Source of the DNA: an uncultured cyanobacterium
GTDB lineage: Bacteria > Cyanobacteriota > Cyanobacteriia > Cyanobacteriales > CAWUOF01
Direction: 5' to 3'
NCBI GenBank assembly: GCA_963744145.1
Contig: CAVUSO010000001.1
Span: 7,264,001-7,328,000 of the forward strand
Length of the DNA stretch: 64,000 nt
Positions 40,401 to 50,300 of the stretch are shown here, piece after piece. Below the pieces are notes generated by a model, which made no database searches, had not been told where the DNA came from, and saw nothing but the letters and a program-made list of their open reading frames with translations. Numbering within the stretch: position 1 is the first letter of the stretch; each line of letters opens with the position of its first letter. The translations under genes were made by a program, and so were the position numbers.

Positions 40401-41440
40401 GATTTTTGGGCGATCGCGAGCAATTATCACAGATCAAAAAGTTATTTTCTCAACTGATTGTGCGTTTACATAAATATTCCCTTGGACGTACCAACTATAA
40501 AAATAGTGTTCACTGGGAACGGGGTTTAATGCTCGAACACGATTATCATGGTCTGGCTTTATTAGAATATATTGAACCAGATTTAAAGATTACAGTTCGA
40601 GCTGCTTACCCAGAAACATTTCTATCCTATCTGATCACTGAAGTAAAATGGTTAGTTGAGCATGGGGGAAAAACAGCACCAAAACTTGAACTACTCAATC
40701 AAGCAATCATTCAGGTTCCATTAATAGAAAAGGGGAGGGGAAAATTCCCAGAGTTAGTGAAAAAAGAACTTGAGATAATTCGGCAAAATTTAGTGAAACT
40801 ATCTCCTCAAGAACAATTTCAAAAATTATCAAAAGAGCATCTTGCTATTTTAAGTCAGATTGATCAACAGTTTGTTGAACTGATGCAAATGTTCCGGAAT
40901 GAAGCAAAAACTGGACCAAGACTATTTAGCTTTAGAGTAGTTGATCCAGGGTTTTTCGATCGCCCCAAATGGCTCAAAACCAAGTTTCAACTTACACTCT
41001 GGTGTGAACATTCGCGTTTACCACTACCGATTTTAAATTCCCCAGATATTCAAACAGGAGTTTATGAATTGGAAGTAAATCCTGAGTGGATTAGTCGCGC
41101 ACTTCCCAGTTTAAAACTTTTGATTAGCACATTAGGTTTAATTTTACCAATAGCAACTTCAACTAACCAAGTAATGTTAGATGACCGCATCTATACTAAG
41201 ATTGAACAAGAAATAAATCTGGGTGAGAAGAGTCTAGAAATTGCTTTAAAAAACAGTGATATAGCCCTAGATTTATCATCAATTACTTCTAATAAGTTTA
41301 TGGCTTTTCAAAGTTATATATTACGAGAACTGCATAATCTTTTGCAAGAAAAAGATCCTAATTTTGGTGGATTAGTACGAGTCCAAAACCAACAAAAGGA
41401 ATTTTTATGGGTACATCCGAATTTTGTCCATTACTATTAA
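37487..41440 (+). CDS. Large LRR + COR-domain protein lacking a Roc GTPase
   Basis: About 30 23-aa LRRs; LGYLIHY...VILQPEWLTKAI COR signature; no GxxxxGK(S/T) between them. Confidence 0.85.
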   Translation: MSERKQELAMVMDEAYRRAQEWIEVARSSGATELDLGDMELTEVPEAIALLTDLQILNLSDNRLTKLPTGLSNLTQLQTLVLSNNQLTIVPEVIATLGELQFLNLSHNQLTTLPEELKTLTQLQELSLSGNKLTMVPEVIFSFTQLHTLDLSHNQLRTLPETLNSLTELQTLDLSRNQLTTIPAVIFSLTHLQTLNLSQNQLTTAPQVSISLTELQTLNLSFNQLMTVPEIIFALTQLEILNLSNNQLRSVPEALGSLTQIQELNLSFNQLQTLPLSLSSLINLEELGLSRNQFTTIPEVIFSLPVLQILNLSFNQLTTIPEALSFLTELQTLNLSFNQLTTVPETIHFLIQLQELNLSFNQLTTIPEVIFSLTQLQTLGLSSNQITTVPEIIFYLTELRSLGLSFNQLTTLPETLIYLTQLQELNLSGNELTTVPEALSSLRQLQILDLSDNKLETVPTALSSLRHLQMLDLSGNELTTIPETFGFLTQLQQLDLSFNQLTTVPETLSVLTQLQELSFCFNQLTTIPEMIFSLTQLRSLDLAHNQLTTVPESLDILTQLQELNLTDNQLLTLPEALSSLTQLQILSCSGNQLTTFPEIFSALTQLQKLDLSDNQLTIFPETIISFAQLQELNLAHNQLQTIPATLSFLTQLRSLDLSGNKLTTLPPSIKDLKKLLYLSISSNNLSDFPSIITSLTNLKELYITDNKITEVPPAISNLIALKKLYLGGEKISWHDQLNKPENRGNKLTTLPSSLTKLTQLIDLNLDGNPLELDFAAVYEQGIEAVMEYLRAKSEGEVSNLGQTLPSKWLQIWEYLEQLSKTYLPYQTLITIGQEQGLTGFTAELFVKVFDRLGYLIHYDYDPMLQDIVILQPEWLTKAINLVLDDQTIRQQNGLVNFDHLSKLWSQYPKELHPILLRLMEHLDLSYRVVLAPHESSHTSLIAQLVSSEPIAQLPNWGEKPAPGEREQVQICRFLGDREQLSQIKKLFSQLIVRLHKYSLGRTNYKNSVHWERGLMLEHDYHGLALLEYIEPDLKITVRAAYPETFLSYLITEVKWLVEHGGKTAPKLELLNQAIIQVPLIEKGRGKFPELVKKELEIIRQNLVKLSPQEQFQKLSKEHLAILSQIDQQFVELMQMFRNEAKTGPRLFSFRVVDPGFFDRPKWLKTKFQLTLWCEHSRLPLPILNSPDIQTGVYELEVNPEWISRALPSLKLLISTLGLILPIATSTNQVMLDDRIYTKIEQEINLGEKSLEIALKNSDIALDLSSITSNKFMAFQSYILRELHNLLQEKDPNFGGLVRVQNQQKEFLWVHPNFVHYY

Positions 41441-41456
41441 ATAATTGTAGGTATTT

Positions 41457-41714
41457 GTAGGGGCAAAGCATTTCGGCAGATCCGCGATCGACTTAACGCA
41501 GAAAATTATGACCGAAATGCTTTGCCCTTGATTTATGCAGCCCACAGATTGACTATAGCCCAATCTACCAGGGAATTTTTGGGGGTTTTTGCAGGATACG
41601 GGAAGAATGGCTGTCAGAGAATTTTTGGAGATACGGGCGAAGAAGGGCGAAGCATTCGGATTTCATATTACTCGCTCTGAGCGATAATTTATCGCCCGAA
41701 TGCTTCGCCCCTAC
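41457..41714. repeat. Inverted pair of GTAG-type REP-like hairpins (REPIN-like)
   Basis: GTAGGGGCAAAGCATTTCGG..CCGAAATGCTTTGCCC and GGGCGAAGCATTCGG..CCGAATGCTTCGCCCCTAC between convergent genes. Confidence 0.8.
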
Positions 41715-41724
41715 ATGGATTGCA

Positions 41725-43749
41725 TTATGATAGATAAGTATAGCGTCCTAAACTACGCTCATAATTTTGCAATAGCAGTTGAGATTCTTGGAGAGTAATC
41801 TGATTTTGTTGTAACGCTTGTTCAGCTTGGAGACGGATACTTTCAATCATATCTTCCGTATCATACTGCACATATCCTAACACTTCTTTCATGGTATCGC
41901 CTTTAACAACATGTTCAATTTTGTATCCAGAAGGTGTTAATTGAATATGTACTGCATTTACATCCCCAAAAAGATTATGCAAATTTCCCATAATTTCTTG
42001 GTAGGCACCACTGAGAAATAACCCAATATAGTAAGGTTCTCCCGGTTTATAGGGATGTAATTCTAAGACTGATTTCACGTCCCGTAAGTCAATAAATTGA
42101 TCAATTTTCCCATCACTATCACAAGTTAGATCCGCTAATGTACCCCGTTGAGTCGGTTCTTCATCTAGACGATGAATGGGCATAATTGGAAATAGTTAAT
42201 CGATCGCCCAACTATCCGGAGCCGATTGGAAAACTGAAAGATTAACGTAATAAATTGAAGCCATGATCTTTTCTAAGTCTTCCAAATCATCCGGTACATA
42301 ATCTGCGGTACGAGCGATCGCTAGAATCTTTTCACAACAACCCCAATAAATTCGCTCGGCTTTGGCTCGATCGGTAATTCCCAAATACCCCAAATTAAAC
42401 AGACTAATTGCTTCTTCTTTGAACTGAGTAGCGTCGTGATAAGCTTCTTGATAGTTATCAACAGTAATTGATTGATAGGTTTCGTAAAGATTCCGGGTTA
42501 ATAGATGATCATCTTCACTAACTGGTGGAGGTGCTCCAGTCGGTACATCGCTAGTCCCCAGAATATCAAAAATTAACACCGATTGATGAGCAGCGATCGC
42601 CCGTCCACTTTCGCTAATTAAGGTTGGAACAGGTAATTTTTTCTCCAAACAAGCATCTTTCACACCAGCAACTACATCATTAGCATAATTTTGCATATTG
42701 TAGTTTTTCGAGGCATGAAAATTAGTTTTTGAGCCATCATAATCTACACCTAGACCACCACCCACATCTAGGTATTTCATATTACCTCCTAACTTCGCTA
42801 ATTCTACATAGATATGACTAGCTTCGCGAATCGCTTCTTTAATCGTAGTAATCGAAGAAATTTGGGAACCAATATGAAAGTGAAGCAGTTGTAAACAATC
42901 GAGCATATTCGCAGCTCGTAATTCTTCTACCGCAGTAATTATCTCCGGAATTGTCAAACCAAACTTAGCGCGATCGCCCGTAAATCCACCCCAACGACCA
43001 ACTCCTTTGGTACTTAATTTAGCCCGAATTCCGACTACTGGTTTAATTCCCAAGGTTTGACTAGTGGCAATTACCAGTGGCACTTCTTCCACTTGTTCGA
43101 GTACAATAATTGGTAATTGACCTAAACGAGTAGCTAACATTGCGGTCTCAATATATTCTTGGTCTTTATAACCATTACAAATGAGTAGAGCTCCGGGAGT
43201 TTTTAAATTTGCTAAAGCAATCATCAACTCTGGTTTTGATCCAGCTTCTAACCCAAAATGATGGGGTTGTCCAAACCGGACTAAATCTTCAATCAGATGT
43301 CGGTGTTGGTTACATTTAACTGGAAAAACACCACGATAGACACCTTGATAACTGTAGCGAGTAATTGCTTTGGCAAAACAAGCGTTTAAGCGTTCAATCC
43401 GGTCTTCTAAAATATCGGAAAAACGAATTAGTAGAGGTAACCCTAAGTTACGCTGGGTAATAGCATGAGCCAATTCATACAAATCTAGGGAACCACCCCG
43501 ATCAGCTTTGGGTGCAACTGTCACATGACCAGCAGCGTTAATCGAAAAATATGGCTCACCCCAACCTTCAATCCGATAAAGTTCCTCACTATCCTCGATC
43601 GTCCATGATTTGCTCGGGACAGATGTTCCTTTATGCTCTCCAGAACTAATTTGAACCCGCTGTGGTAAGAGAATTTCTTCCTGACCAATTGATTGATCCT
43701 GAGCTTCTGACTGAGTGGTGATTTGCGACATAGCTGTTCGGAACCTCAA
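41725..43749 (-). pseudogene. speA: Biosynthetic arginine decarboxylase with one in-frame TAA
   Basis: FPVKCNQ, GLEAGSKPEL, HFHIGSQ, DLTCDSDG; SWAID*LFPIMPIHRL where Q is expected (42196-98); start may be ATG 43731. Confidence 0.92.
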
Positions 43750-43910
43750 CGCACGATCTATCGGCTAAAAGTCTATCCTATATTTCCACCTGACTAAAGA
43801 GTGCTGGGAGGAGGTTAAATCAGATCCACTCTGGGATTTGGGATTGTTTGCGGAAACTTTTGGGATAATCTTAATTTTGTATAGGTTAATGCAAAATCTA
43901 GGAGATTAGT

Positions 43911-44360
43911 TTGGAACGCACCTTTTTAGCTGTGAAACCCGATGGTGTCCAACGAGGACTGGTGGGTGAAATTATCCGTCGGTTTGAATCTAAAGGTTTT
44001 ACTCTCGTTGGTCTCAAGCTGCTGAAAGTCAGTAAGGAACTTGCAGAAAATCATTATGCTGTCCATCGGGAAAGACCTTTTTTTGCTGGGTTAGTCGAAT
44101 TCATTACTTCTGGACCTGTAGTGGCTATGGTGTGGGAAGGTAAAGGTGTGATTGCTAGTGCTAGAAAAATTATTGGTGCAACTAATCCCCTGAACTCTGA
44201 ACCTGGAACTATTCGTGGTGATTTTGGTGTGGATATTGGTCGCAATCTGATTCATGGTTCTGATGCTCCAGAAACAGCGGTTACAGAAATTAAACTTTGG
44301 TTTAAAGATGACGAGCTGGTAAGCTGGCAACCATCTGTAACTCCTTGGATTTACGAATAA
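43911..44360 (+). CDS. ndk: Nucleoside diphosphate kinase
   Basis: [30 protein letters not shown]. Confidence 0.97.
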   Translation: MERTFLAVKPDGVQRGLVGEIIRRFESKGFTLVGLKLLKVSKELAENHYAVHRERPFFAGLVEFITSGPVVAMVWEGKGVIASARKIIGATNPLNSEPGTIRGDFGVDIGRNLIHGSDAPETAVTEIKLWFKDDELVSWQPSVTPWIYE

Positions 44361-44382
44361 CAATTAAATAACTGTTTAGTTC

Positions 44383-44418
44383 GTAGTAAGCGCCAAGCAC
44401 GCTCTTGGCGCTTACTAC
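44383..44418. terminator. Hairpin between convergent genes (terminator or REP-like)
   Basis: GTAGTAAGCGCCAAG-CACGCT-CTTGGCGCTTACTAC. Confidence 0.65.
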
Positions 44419-44425
44419 AAGCGAA

Positions 44426-45710
44426 TTATTTAATGTTAATTGGTGGCACTAGAGGTAAATTGGGGTCTTCTCCTAAATGACTAATATTGCCGAGGGAAAT
44501 ATCTCCTGTCGTGAGAAACCGAAAAGTTTCTTGATAAAGACTTTTCCAAAAGGTGTTACTCATCCCACGACTAACTTCAGTCGGATCTACCATGGGATGA
44601 GGAACTAAATCTTTAGTCGGATAAATATACAAGCGATGACCGTTAGGTTCAGCACCGATATCTTGGAAAAATTGCTGGTTAGTTTCAATATCAGCTGCAT
44701 CTTCATTTTCCGTCAAAACTAACATCGTCGGAATCCGACTGAGTTTTTTTCGATTCTGATCATTACGCACAAAAGCACCAAATCTGTTAGTTGCGGTTAA
44801 TGCTCCCACCGGAAACCGTAATGCTGGGTCCCAACCTAATTCTTTCAAATCTAATGGACCAGCTAAATTCACATATTGTCTTCTTTCTTCACCATAAATC
44901 TTTAGTAATGGTGCATAAGCAACTACACCTTTAATCCGATCGCTTCGATCGGCTGCTAGTGCTAATGCTACTGCTCCCCCAACTGATAACCCAACCGTAT
45001 AGATTGGTCCGGGTAGATGATCTAATTCTGCTAAACGACTCCGCGCTTGGATTAAGTAATCCAGATGAGTCGAAACAAAATAGCGATCGAAGTCTGGATC
45101 GCGATCGATATCGATCGCCAGAATAATTTTTGGTAATCGTGGTTCTAACGATAACAATCGAGCAACTAATGCTAACTGCTGTTGATAGCTAGGACGGGCA
45201 AATCCCTCTGGATTATTAATAATGTTAGTTAGATATTGTTGTAAAACGTGATCTTGGTCGATTTTTTCTTGCAACGATTGGTAAAGGTCTGGTTTAAGAT
45301 CAACTTGAGATCCAAAATTTACTAGGTGGAACAAATACATGACCTGCTAAAGAGGGTTGATAGACATTAAATCCATTCCGAAATAAATAGTCTGCTAAAC
45401 GCCACATTTGATCAGGTTTAGCGCTAAATCCATGAAAAATCATCACTGTTCCCCGAATCGGTTGTCCCGCTTCATGAAACAAATAATAAGGGTAAGCACC
45501 TACTCGACGTTGACGATTAGCATCAATAGTTTTAATATAAGCATCAATGATTAACTTTGTTTGGGCAATTTGCTCGGCACTAGGATTAATGGTAAAATTA
45601 AAATTCTCACTCAGCGTCTGAGGTTGAGCTGAGGGCAAAAATCCCTTGAAAAATTGACCAGGTTTAGCCAAACATTGTTTAATTAGTTCCAGCATAGTCA
45701 ATATCCCCAC
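44426..45710 (-). pseudogene. Alpha/beta hydrolase split by +1 frameshift
   Basis: FHGFSA...PSLAGH in the first ORF, GLSVGG in the second; frames join at KFW/QVDLKP near 45308. Confidence 0.85.
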
Positions 45711-45816
45711 ACCCTCACGTTATTTACCCAGTAATTTACCTTAAATTACTCTCTGTAAACCACTTTGACAAATAAAAGGGGTGCAAACTTAATACACCCC
45801 GATGATAATTTATAAC

Positions 45817-46947
45817 TTATTTACCAAATCCTTTGGGTTTTTCTCGTTTCGGTAAACAAACACATTCTTCTAGTTGCGATCGCAATTTTTCATGGTCTAA
45901 CTCTTGACCAATCAATACCAATTGGTTTTTTGGTTGACCTTTCCATTCGTCATCTTCGATCGAAAAACGTTTTCCACAAAGATGAAAAATATGTCGTTTG
46001 GGACTTTCATCAAACCACATAATTCCTTTAGCTCGAAACACAGTTGCTGGTAACTGATTGTCTAAAAAGTATTGAAACTTCTTAATTGCTAATGGTTTAT
46101 CACTCTGAAAAGAAATCGAAGTAAATCCATCATTTTCTAAATGATCAGAGTGATGGTGATGATGTTCGTGATCGTGATCATGTTCATGCACACAATGACC
46201 ATGATCATGGTCACAGTCATGGTGATCATGGTGATCATGGTGATCATGGTGATCATGGTCTGATTTTTCTGACTCAAAATATTTATCAGATTCAAACAAA
46301 CCAACACTCAGAATTAATGGGAGTGCGACCTGTGCTTTAGTGGTTCGGAGAATTCTTGCTCCTGGTTTAACATCGCGAATTTTGATTTCTAACAAATCTA
46401 AATCCGCTTCATCAACCAAATCGGTTTTGTTGAGCAAAATAACATCACCGTAGACAATTTGACTTTCGGCAGCTTGACTATTAAATAAATCCAAACTAAA
46501 ATTAGCCGAGTCTACTACAGTAATAATCGAATCAAGACGAGTCATGTCGCGCAGTTCTGTTCCCAGAAATGTCAGTGCTACTGGTAAGGGATCAGCCAGA
46601 CCTGTTGTTTCCACTACTAAATAATCGATTTTTTCTGCACGTTCCAAAACTTTGTAAACTGCTTCAACCAAATCATTATTAATGGTGCAACAGATACAAC
46701 CATTGCTTAATTCCACCATATCCTCACCAGTGGTGACAATCAATTCATTATCGATCCCGATTTCACCAAATTCATTGACTAAAACTGCTGTTTTGACTCC
46801 TTGCTGGTTAGTGAGGATGTAGTTAAGGAGAGTGGTCTTACCACTACCTAGAAATCCTGTAATAATGGTAACTGGGAGACCTTGTTTAGGATGATCTAGT
46901 ATCTGAGAAGGGTCCGAGGTAGCTGTTGATTGCATCATGCGAGTCAC
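45817..46947 (-). CDS. COG0523/CobW-family metallochaperone GTPase
   Basis: TGFLGSGKTT, NEFG, GCICC, ETTG, NKTD, His-rich loop, RAKG. Confidence 0.95.
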   Translation of the reverse strand: MTRMMQSTATSDPSQILDHPKQGLPVTIITGFLGSGKTTLLNYILTNQQGVKTAVLVNEFGEIGIDNELIVTTGEDMVELSNGCICCTINNDLVEAVYKVLERAEKIDYLVVETTGLADPLPVALTFLGTELRDMTRLDSIITVVDSANFSLDLFNSQAAESQIVYGDVILLNKTDLVDEADLDLLEIKIRDVKPGARILRTTKAQVALPLILSVGLFESDKYFESEKSDHDHHDHHDHHDHHDCDHDHGHCVHEHDHDHEHHHHHSDHLENDGFTSISFQSDKPLAIKKFQYFLDNQLPATVFRAKGIMWFDESPKRHIFHLCGKRFSIEDDEWKGQPKNQLVLIGQELDHEKLRSQLEECVCLPKREKPKGFGK

Positions 46948-46986
46948 AAAAAAACTTGGTAAGTGGGAAGCTCAGGTTCTTTAGAC

Positions 46987-47104
46987 CGTTCGACTTGTCC
47001 CTGAGTTTACCCTGAGTTTACCCTGAGCGAAGTCGAAGTTTACCCTGAGCGTAGTCGAAGGGGGCGGAGTCGAAGGGCGGAGTCGAAGGGCGCTCACTTA
47101 GAGC
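46987..47104. repeat. Five nested ~24-nt small dispersed repeat units
   Basis: Consensus TTTACCCTGAGCGNAGTCGAAGGG; removing 118 bp restores TCTTTAGAC|CTGAGAG as at the IS right end. Confidence 0.85.
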
Positions 47105-47237
47105 CTGAGAGGGAAACGACCCAAGTGGTTTTAACCACTAGAGAATATTTCTTAATCTTACCATTGCTTTTGTAGAAAAGACTTGCTTTTTTCTCGACAT
47201 TGAGCTATGATGTATATAGAGAAAAGAAAGTGATCAA

Positions 47238-48471
47238 ATGGTCAAAAGAAAGAAACCCGAAAAGAAGCCCCAAGTACCGTTAGGTGTTCAGCAAAATTTA
47301 ATTGATGCTGGTTCAGAGTTAAAGGCAATTCTTGAATTTATTTGCTCAGAGTCCAATAAACTACACAATTGTGCTAACTATTACGCTCGTCAAATCTGGT
47401 TCAAAACTCGCAGATTTGTAACGAAGTTTGAGATTGGGACGTATCTAATACAAACTAAAAATAGACATTTTTCTGCCCTACCATCCGATGCCGCAACACA
47501 AACTTGTAATGCCGTAGGTGAGTCAATTAGTTCCTTCGCCAAGTTACGAGAACTTTGGCTGAGTGGTAAACTCGAAACTAAACCCAACTTGCCCAATTAT
47601 CGAAAACCAGGCTATCAATTAATTGCCTATCCGAACCAATCGCTGAGACTAATTGATGGCAAGATTAGATTTCCTTTAGGATTGCAGGTCAATGCTTGGT
47701 TTGGCATCAAAGAATTTTTCCTACCAATGCCAACTAACCTAGATTTTGAGTCTCTTAGAGAGGTCAGGATACTCCCTAGAAACGGTTGCTTTTATGCTGA
47801 GTTTGTCTACCCGAACTTAGTTGAGAAACCTGTCCTAGACCCGTCGAAGTGCTTAGGATTAGATCACGGGTTAAATAACTGGTTGACAGCCGTTAGTAAT
47901 GTAGGGACAAGTTTTATTATTGATGGCAAACACTTAAAGTCAGTCAATCAATGGTACAACAAACAAGTAGCTAAACTCAAAACTAATCAACCTCAAGGTT
48001 TCTGGTCTAATCGTTTGGCAGCAATGACTGAGAAACGGAATAGACAGATGAGGGACGCTATCAACAAAGCGGCTCGAATAGTGATAAAGCACTGTTTAAA
48101 TAATGGGATCGGGACTTTAGTATTTGGTTGGAATAAAAGCCAAAATCCAACAACTATGTGAGTTGTACGGCATTAAGTTTGAGGAAACTGAAGAAAGCTA
48201 CACCAGTAAAGCTAGTTTTTTAGATGCGGACACTATCCCTACTTACGGTGAAAAACCCGCAGGATGGAAAGCCTCTGGAAAACGAGTCAATCGTGGCTTG
48301 TATTGTAGTTCTCAAGGCATTCAAGTTAATGCTGACTGCAATGGGGCAGCCAATATTTTAAGAAAAGTAGCGATGAATCTTGGGCTTGTCCTAAGTGAAA
48401 TCAGTAGAGGTGTTTTGTACGCGCCTTTGAAGTTCAGATTCTGGACTCTTCAAGAATCTCGGTGTCTTTAG
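47238..48471 (+). pseudogene. tnpB: TnpB RNA-guided nuclease gene with internal deletion and frameshift
   Basis: GLDHGLNN (RuvC-I), EESYTSKAS, NADCNGAANI; jumps from VFGWNK to KAKIQQLCELYG near 48136. Confidence 0.88.
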
Positions 48472-48502
48472 ACCTGAGAGTATCAAAAAAGCCTAATCTA
48501 CT

Positions 48503-49741
48503 TTAAAATATTATTGGTTCAAATTTAGGACATTTCTGTCCCACATCTGGCTCGTCTAGTCGCTGAGGTAAGATCATCTGACTGGCGATCGGATGATGCG
48601 ATGGGACAAGCACTGCTAGCAATTGATCGACGATATGCTTCCAGGTTAACCGATCTGCGACAAATTGAGGACCGGTCTGACGGGCACGAGCGACAAAGTC
48701 CGGTTTTTCCATGACCGTTTCCATTAAGCAAATCAGATGATCTAAGTTTGGTTGGAGGAAAAATCTCACCTCATCGTTCATTATCGTCTTTTGCGGTTGA
48801 CTCTCGATCGCCAGAGCAAAATCCGGATGAGTAAAGTCATCTGTTGACCCACCTTTGGTGCAAATTACAGGTAATCCACAAGCGATCGCTTCTAATACGG
48901 GCATATTAAACCCTTCTGCTAAATAGGGTGATACATAGGCATCCGCTGCCTGATAAAGTTGTGCTAGTTGCTGAAATGATAAATTTTCACCGATATATCC
49001 TAATTTTTGTCTCATTTTTTCCCGCTGATCGGGCTGCATAAATTGCAACATTTTGGTTAAAGCTTGCTTTGATGCAAATAAAGAATCTGTGCCTTTTAAT
49101 ACTAATCTTGCTTGGGGATAACCTGCCGCGATCGCTGCAAACCCTTTTAATAATCCCGACATTCCTTTATTATTTAACATGACTCCAATATTTAAAAATA
49201 TAAAGCATCCTTCCCAACCTAATTGACGTCGTAAAGCAATCCGTTCAGGTTCTGTTAAAGGTTTATAAATATTTGGATCTATCCCCAAGGGAATCGAAAC
49301 TACTCGATTGGGATCAGCCCCGCTCCGCAGAAATCCATTTCTTGACCAATTAGATGTAGTGACAATGATCGTATCGGAATGAGCAAAAGCGGTTTGCATC
49401 GTTTCATTGTTTCTGATCGCTGTATTGTGAACTATTCCCCATTCGGTAGTACCAAATACACAGGTACGTTGAGCCGAAGATGGTCGAAAATCAAAAGGAT
49501 AAGAAACTCGCCAAGTTGCATCCGCAATTAAGTTTGGAGGTGGACTAGGAATTGCTTTTAATTTTGCCTCATTTTCTGGATCAAATAATCCTGTGACTGG
49601 TTGCCAACTAGGCATAGCATAGGGTAAATCTTGGTGGAAAAGCTCAATTTCAGGACGTTTAAGCATTTCCAACATTTCAAATTCACTAAGAATGGCGTGC
49701 GATCGCGCAATAAAGCGCCAACCTTCAACAACTATTTTCAT
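48503..49741 (-). CDS. Glycosyltransferase family 4
   Basis: LYQAADAYVSPYLAEGFNMPVLEAIACGLPVI. Confidence 0.92.
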   Translation of the reverse strand: MKIVVEGWRFIARSHAILSEFEMLEMLKRPEIELFHQDLPYAMPSWQPVTGLFDPENEAKLKAIPSPPPNLIADATWRVSYPFDFRPSSAQRTCVFGTTEWGIVHNTAIRNNETMQTAFAHSDTIIVTTSNWSRNGFLRSGADPNRVVSIPLGIDPNIYKPLTEPERIALRRQLGWEGCFIFLNIGVMLNNKGMSGLLKGFAAIAAGYPQARLVLKGTDSLFASKQALTKMLQFMQPDQREKMRQKLGYIGENLSFQQLAQLYQAADAYVSPYLAEGFNMPVLEAIACGLPVICTKGGSTDDFTHPDFALAIESQPQKTIMNDEVRFFLQPNLDHLICLMETVMEKPDFVARARQTGPQFVADRLTWKHIVDQLLAVLVPSHHPIASQMILPQRLDEPDVGQKCPKFEPIIF

Positions 49742-49815
49742 TATATATTGAACTAGAATTTAATATTTTTGACAATTTGCCAACAAAAAGTAGATTAATT
49801 TCCCAAATGTGTCAT

Positions 49816-49939
49816 TAGACCTCTTGCAAAAGTCCTTATTCATCTATTTATTGACAGGCAAGATGCCTGTCCCACCAGAAAAAATCACTTTTGTGGGACA
49901 GGCATCTTGCCTGTCCTATTTATTTTTGCAAGAGGTCTA
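49816..49939. mobile_element. 124-bp MITE with internal palindromic doublet
   Basis: TAGACCTCTTGCAAAA ... TTTTGCAAGAGGTCTA; internal GACAGGCAAGATGCCTGTCCCAC..GTGGGACAGGCATCTTGCCTGTC. Confidence 0.8.
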
Positions 49940-50213
49940 TTATACTCCAGTACAGTTCAGTTTATTCATCTATTTATTGACAGGCAAGATGCCTGTCCCA
50001 CCAGAAAAAATCACTTTTGTGGGACAGGCATCTTGCCTGTCCTATTTATTTTTGCAAGAGGTCTATTATACTCCAGTACAGTTCAGTTTATTCATCTATT
50101 TATTGACAGGCAAGATGCCTGTCCCACCAGAAAAAATCACTTTTGTGGGACAGGCATCTTGCCTGTCCTATTTATTTTTGCAAGAGGTCTATTATACTCC
50201 AGTACAGTTCAGT
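49836..50213. repeat. Perfect tandem repeat, 3 x 126 bp
   Basis: Units start at 49836, 49962, 50088. Confidence 0.95.
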
Positions 50214-50300
50214 GTTCGTAGTAAGCGTTTACTACGCAAGCAAGCTGATCTGAACCATATTGCATTATATTCTAAGTTAAATTGAAAATTCACAATTGAT

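Larger units (their letters stand above)
46955..48486 (+). mobile_element. Non-autonomous IS200/IS605-family (IS1341-like) element
   Basis: Subterminal motif CTC(A/G)G..TCTTTAGACCTGAGAG at both ends; right end finishes in TCAA (48486); tnpB only; left boundary approximate. Confidence 0.82.

Noticed and set aside
25942..42198. TAA/TAG recoded as Gln
   Set aside because: Three stops sit at Gln positions, but most intact genes here terminate normally at TAA or TAG
46148..46260. Tandem CATGGTGAT repeats
   Set aside because: Encodes the ordinary His-rich loop of COG0523 GTPases
47238..48471. Cas12f / type V CRISPR effector
   Set aside because: No array or cas1/cas2; IS605-type ends present; gene is broken
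49809..50285. ORFs 49809-50285 and 49907-50221 with 42-aa repeats; also a possible CRISPR
   Set aside because: By-products of the 126-bp tandem repeat; units are identical with no unique spacers and no cas genes
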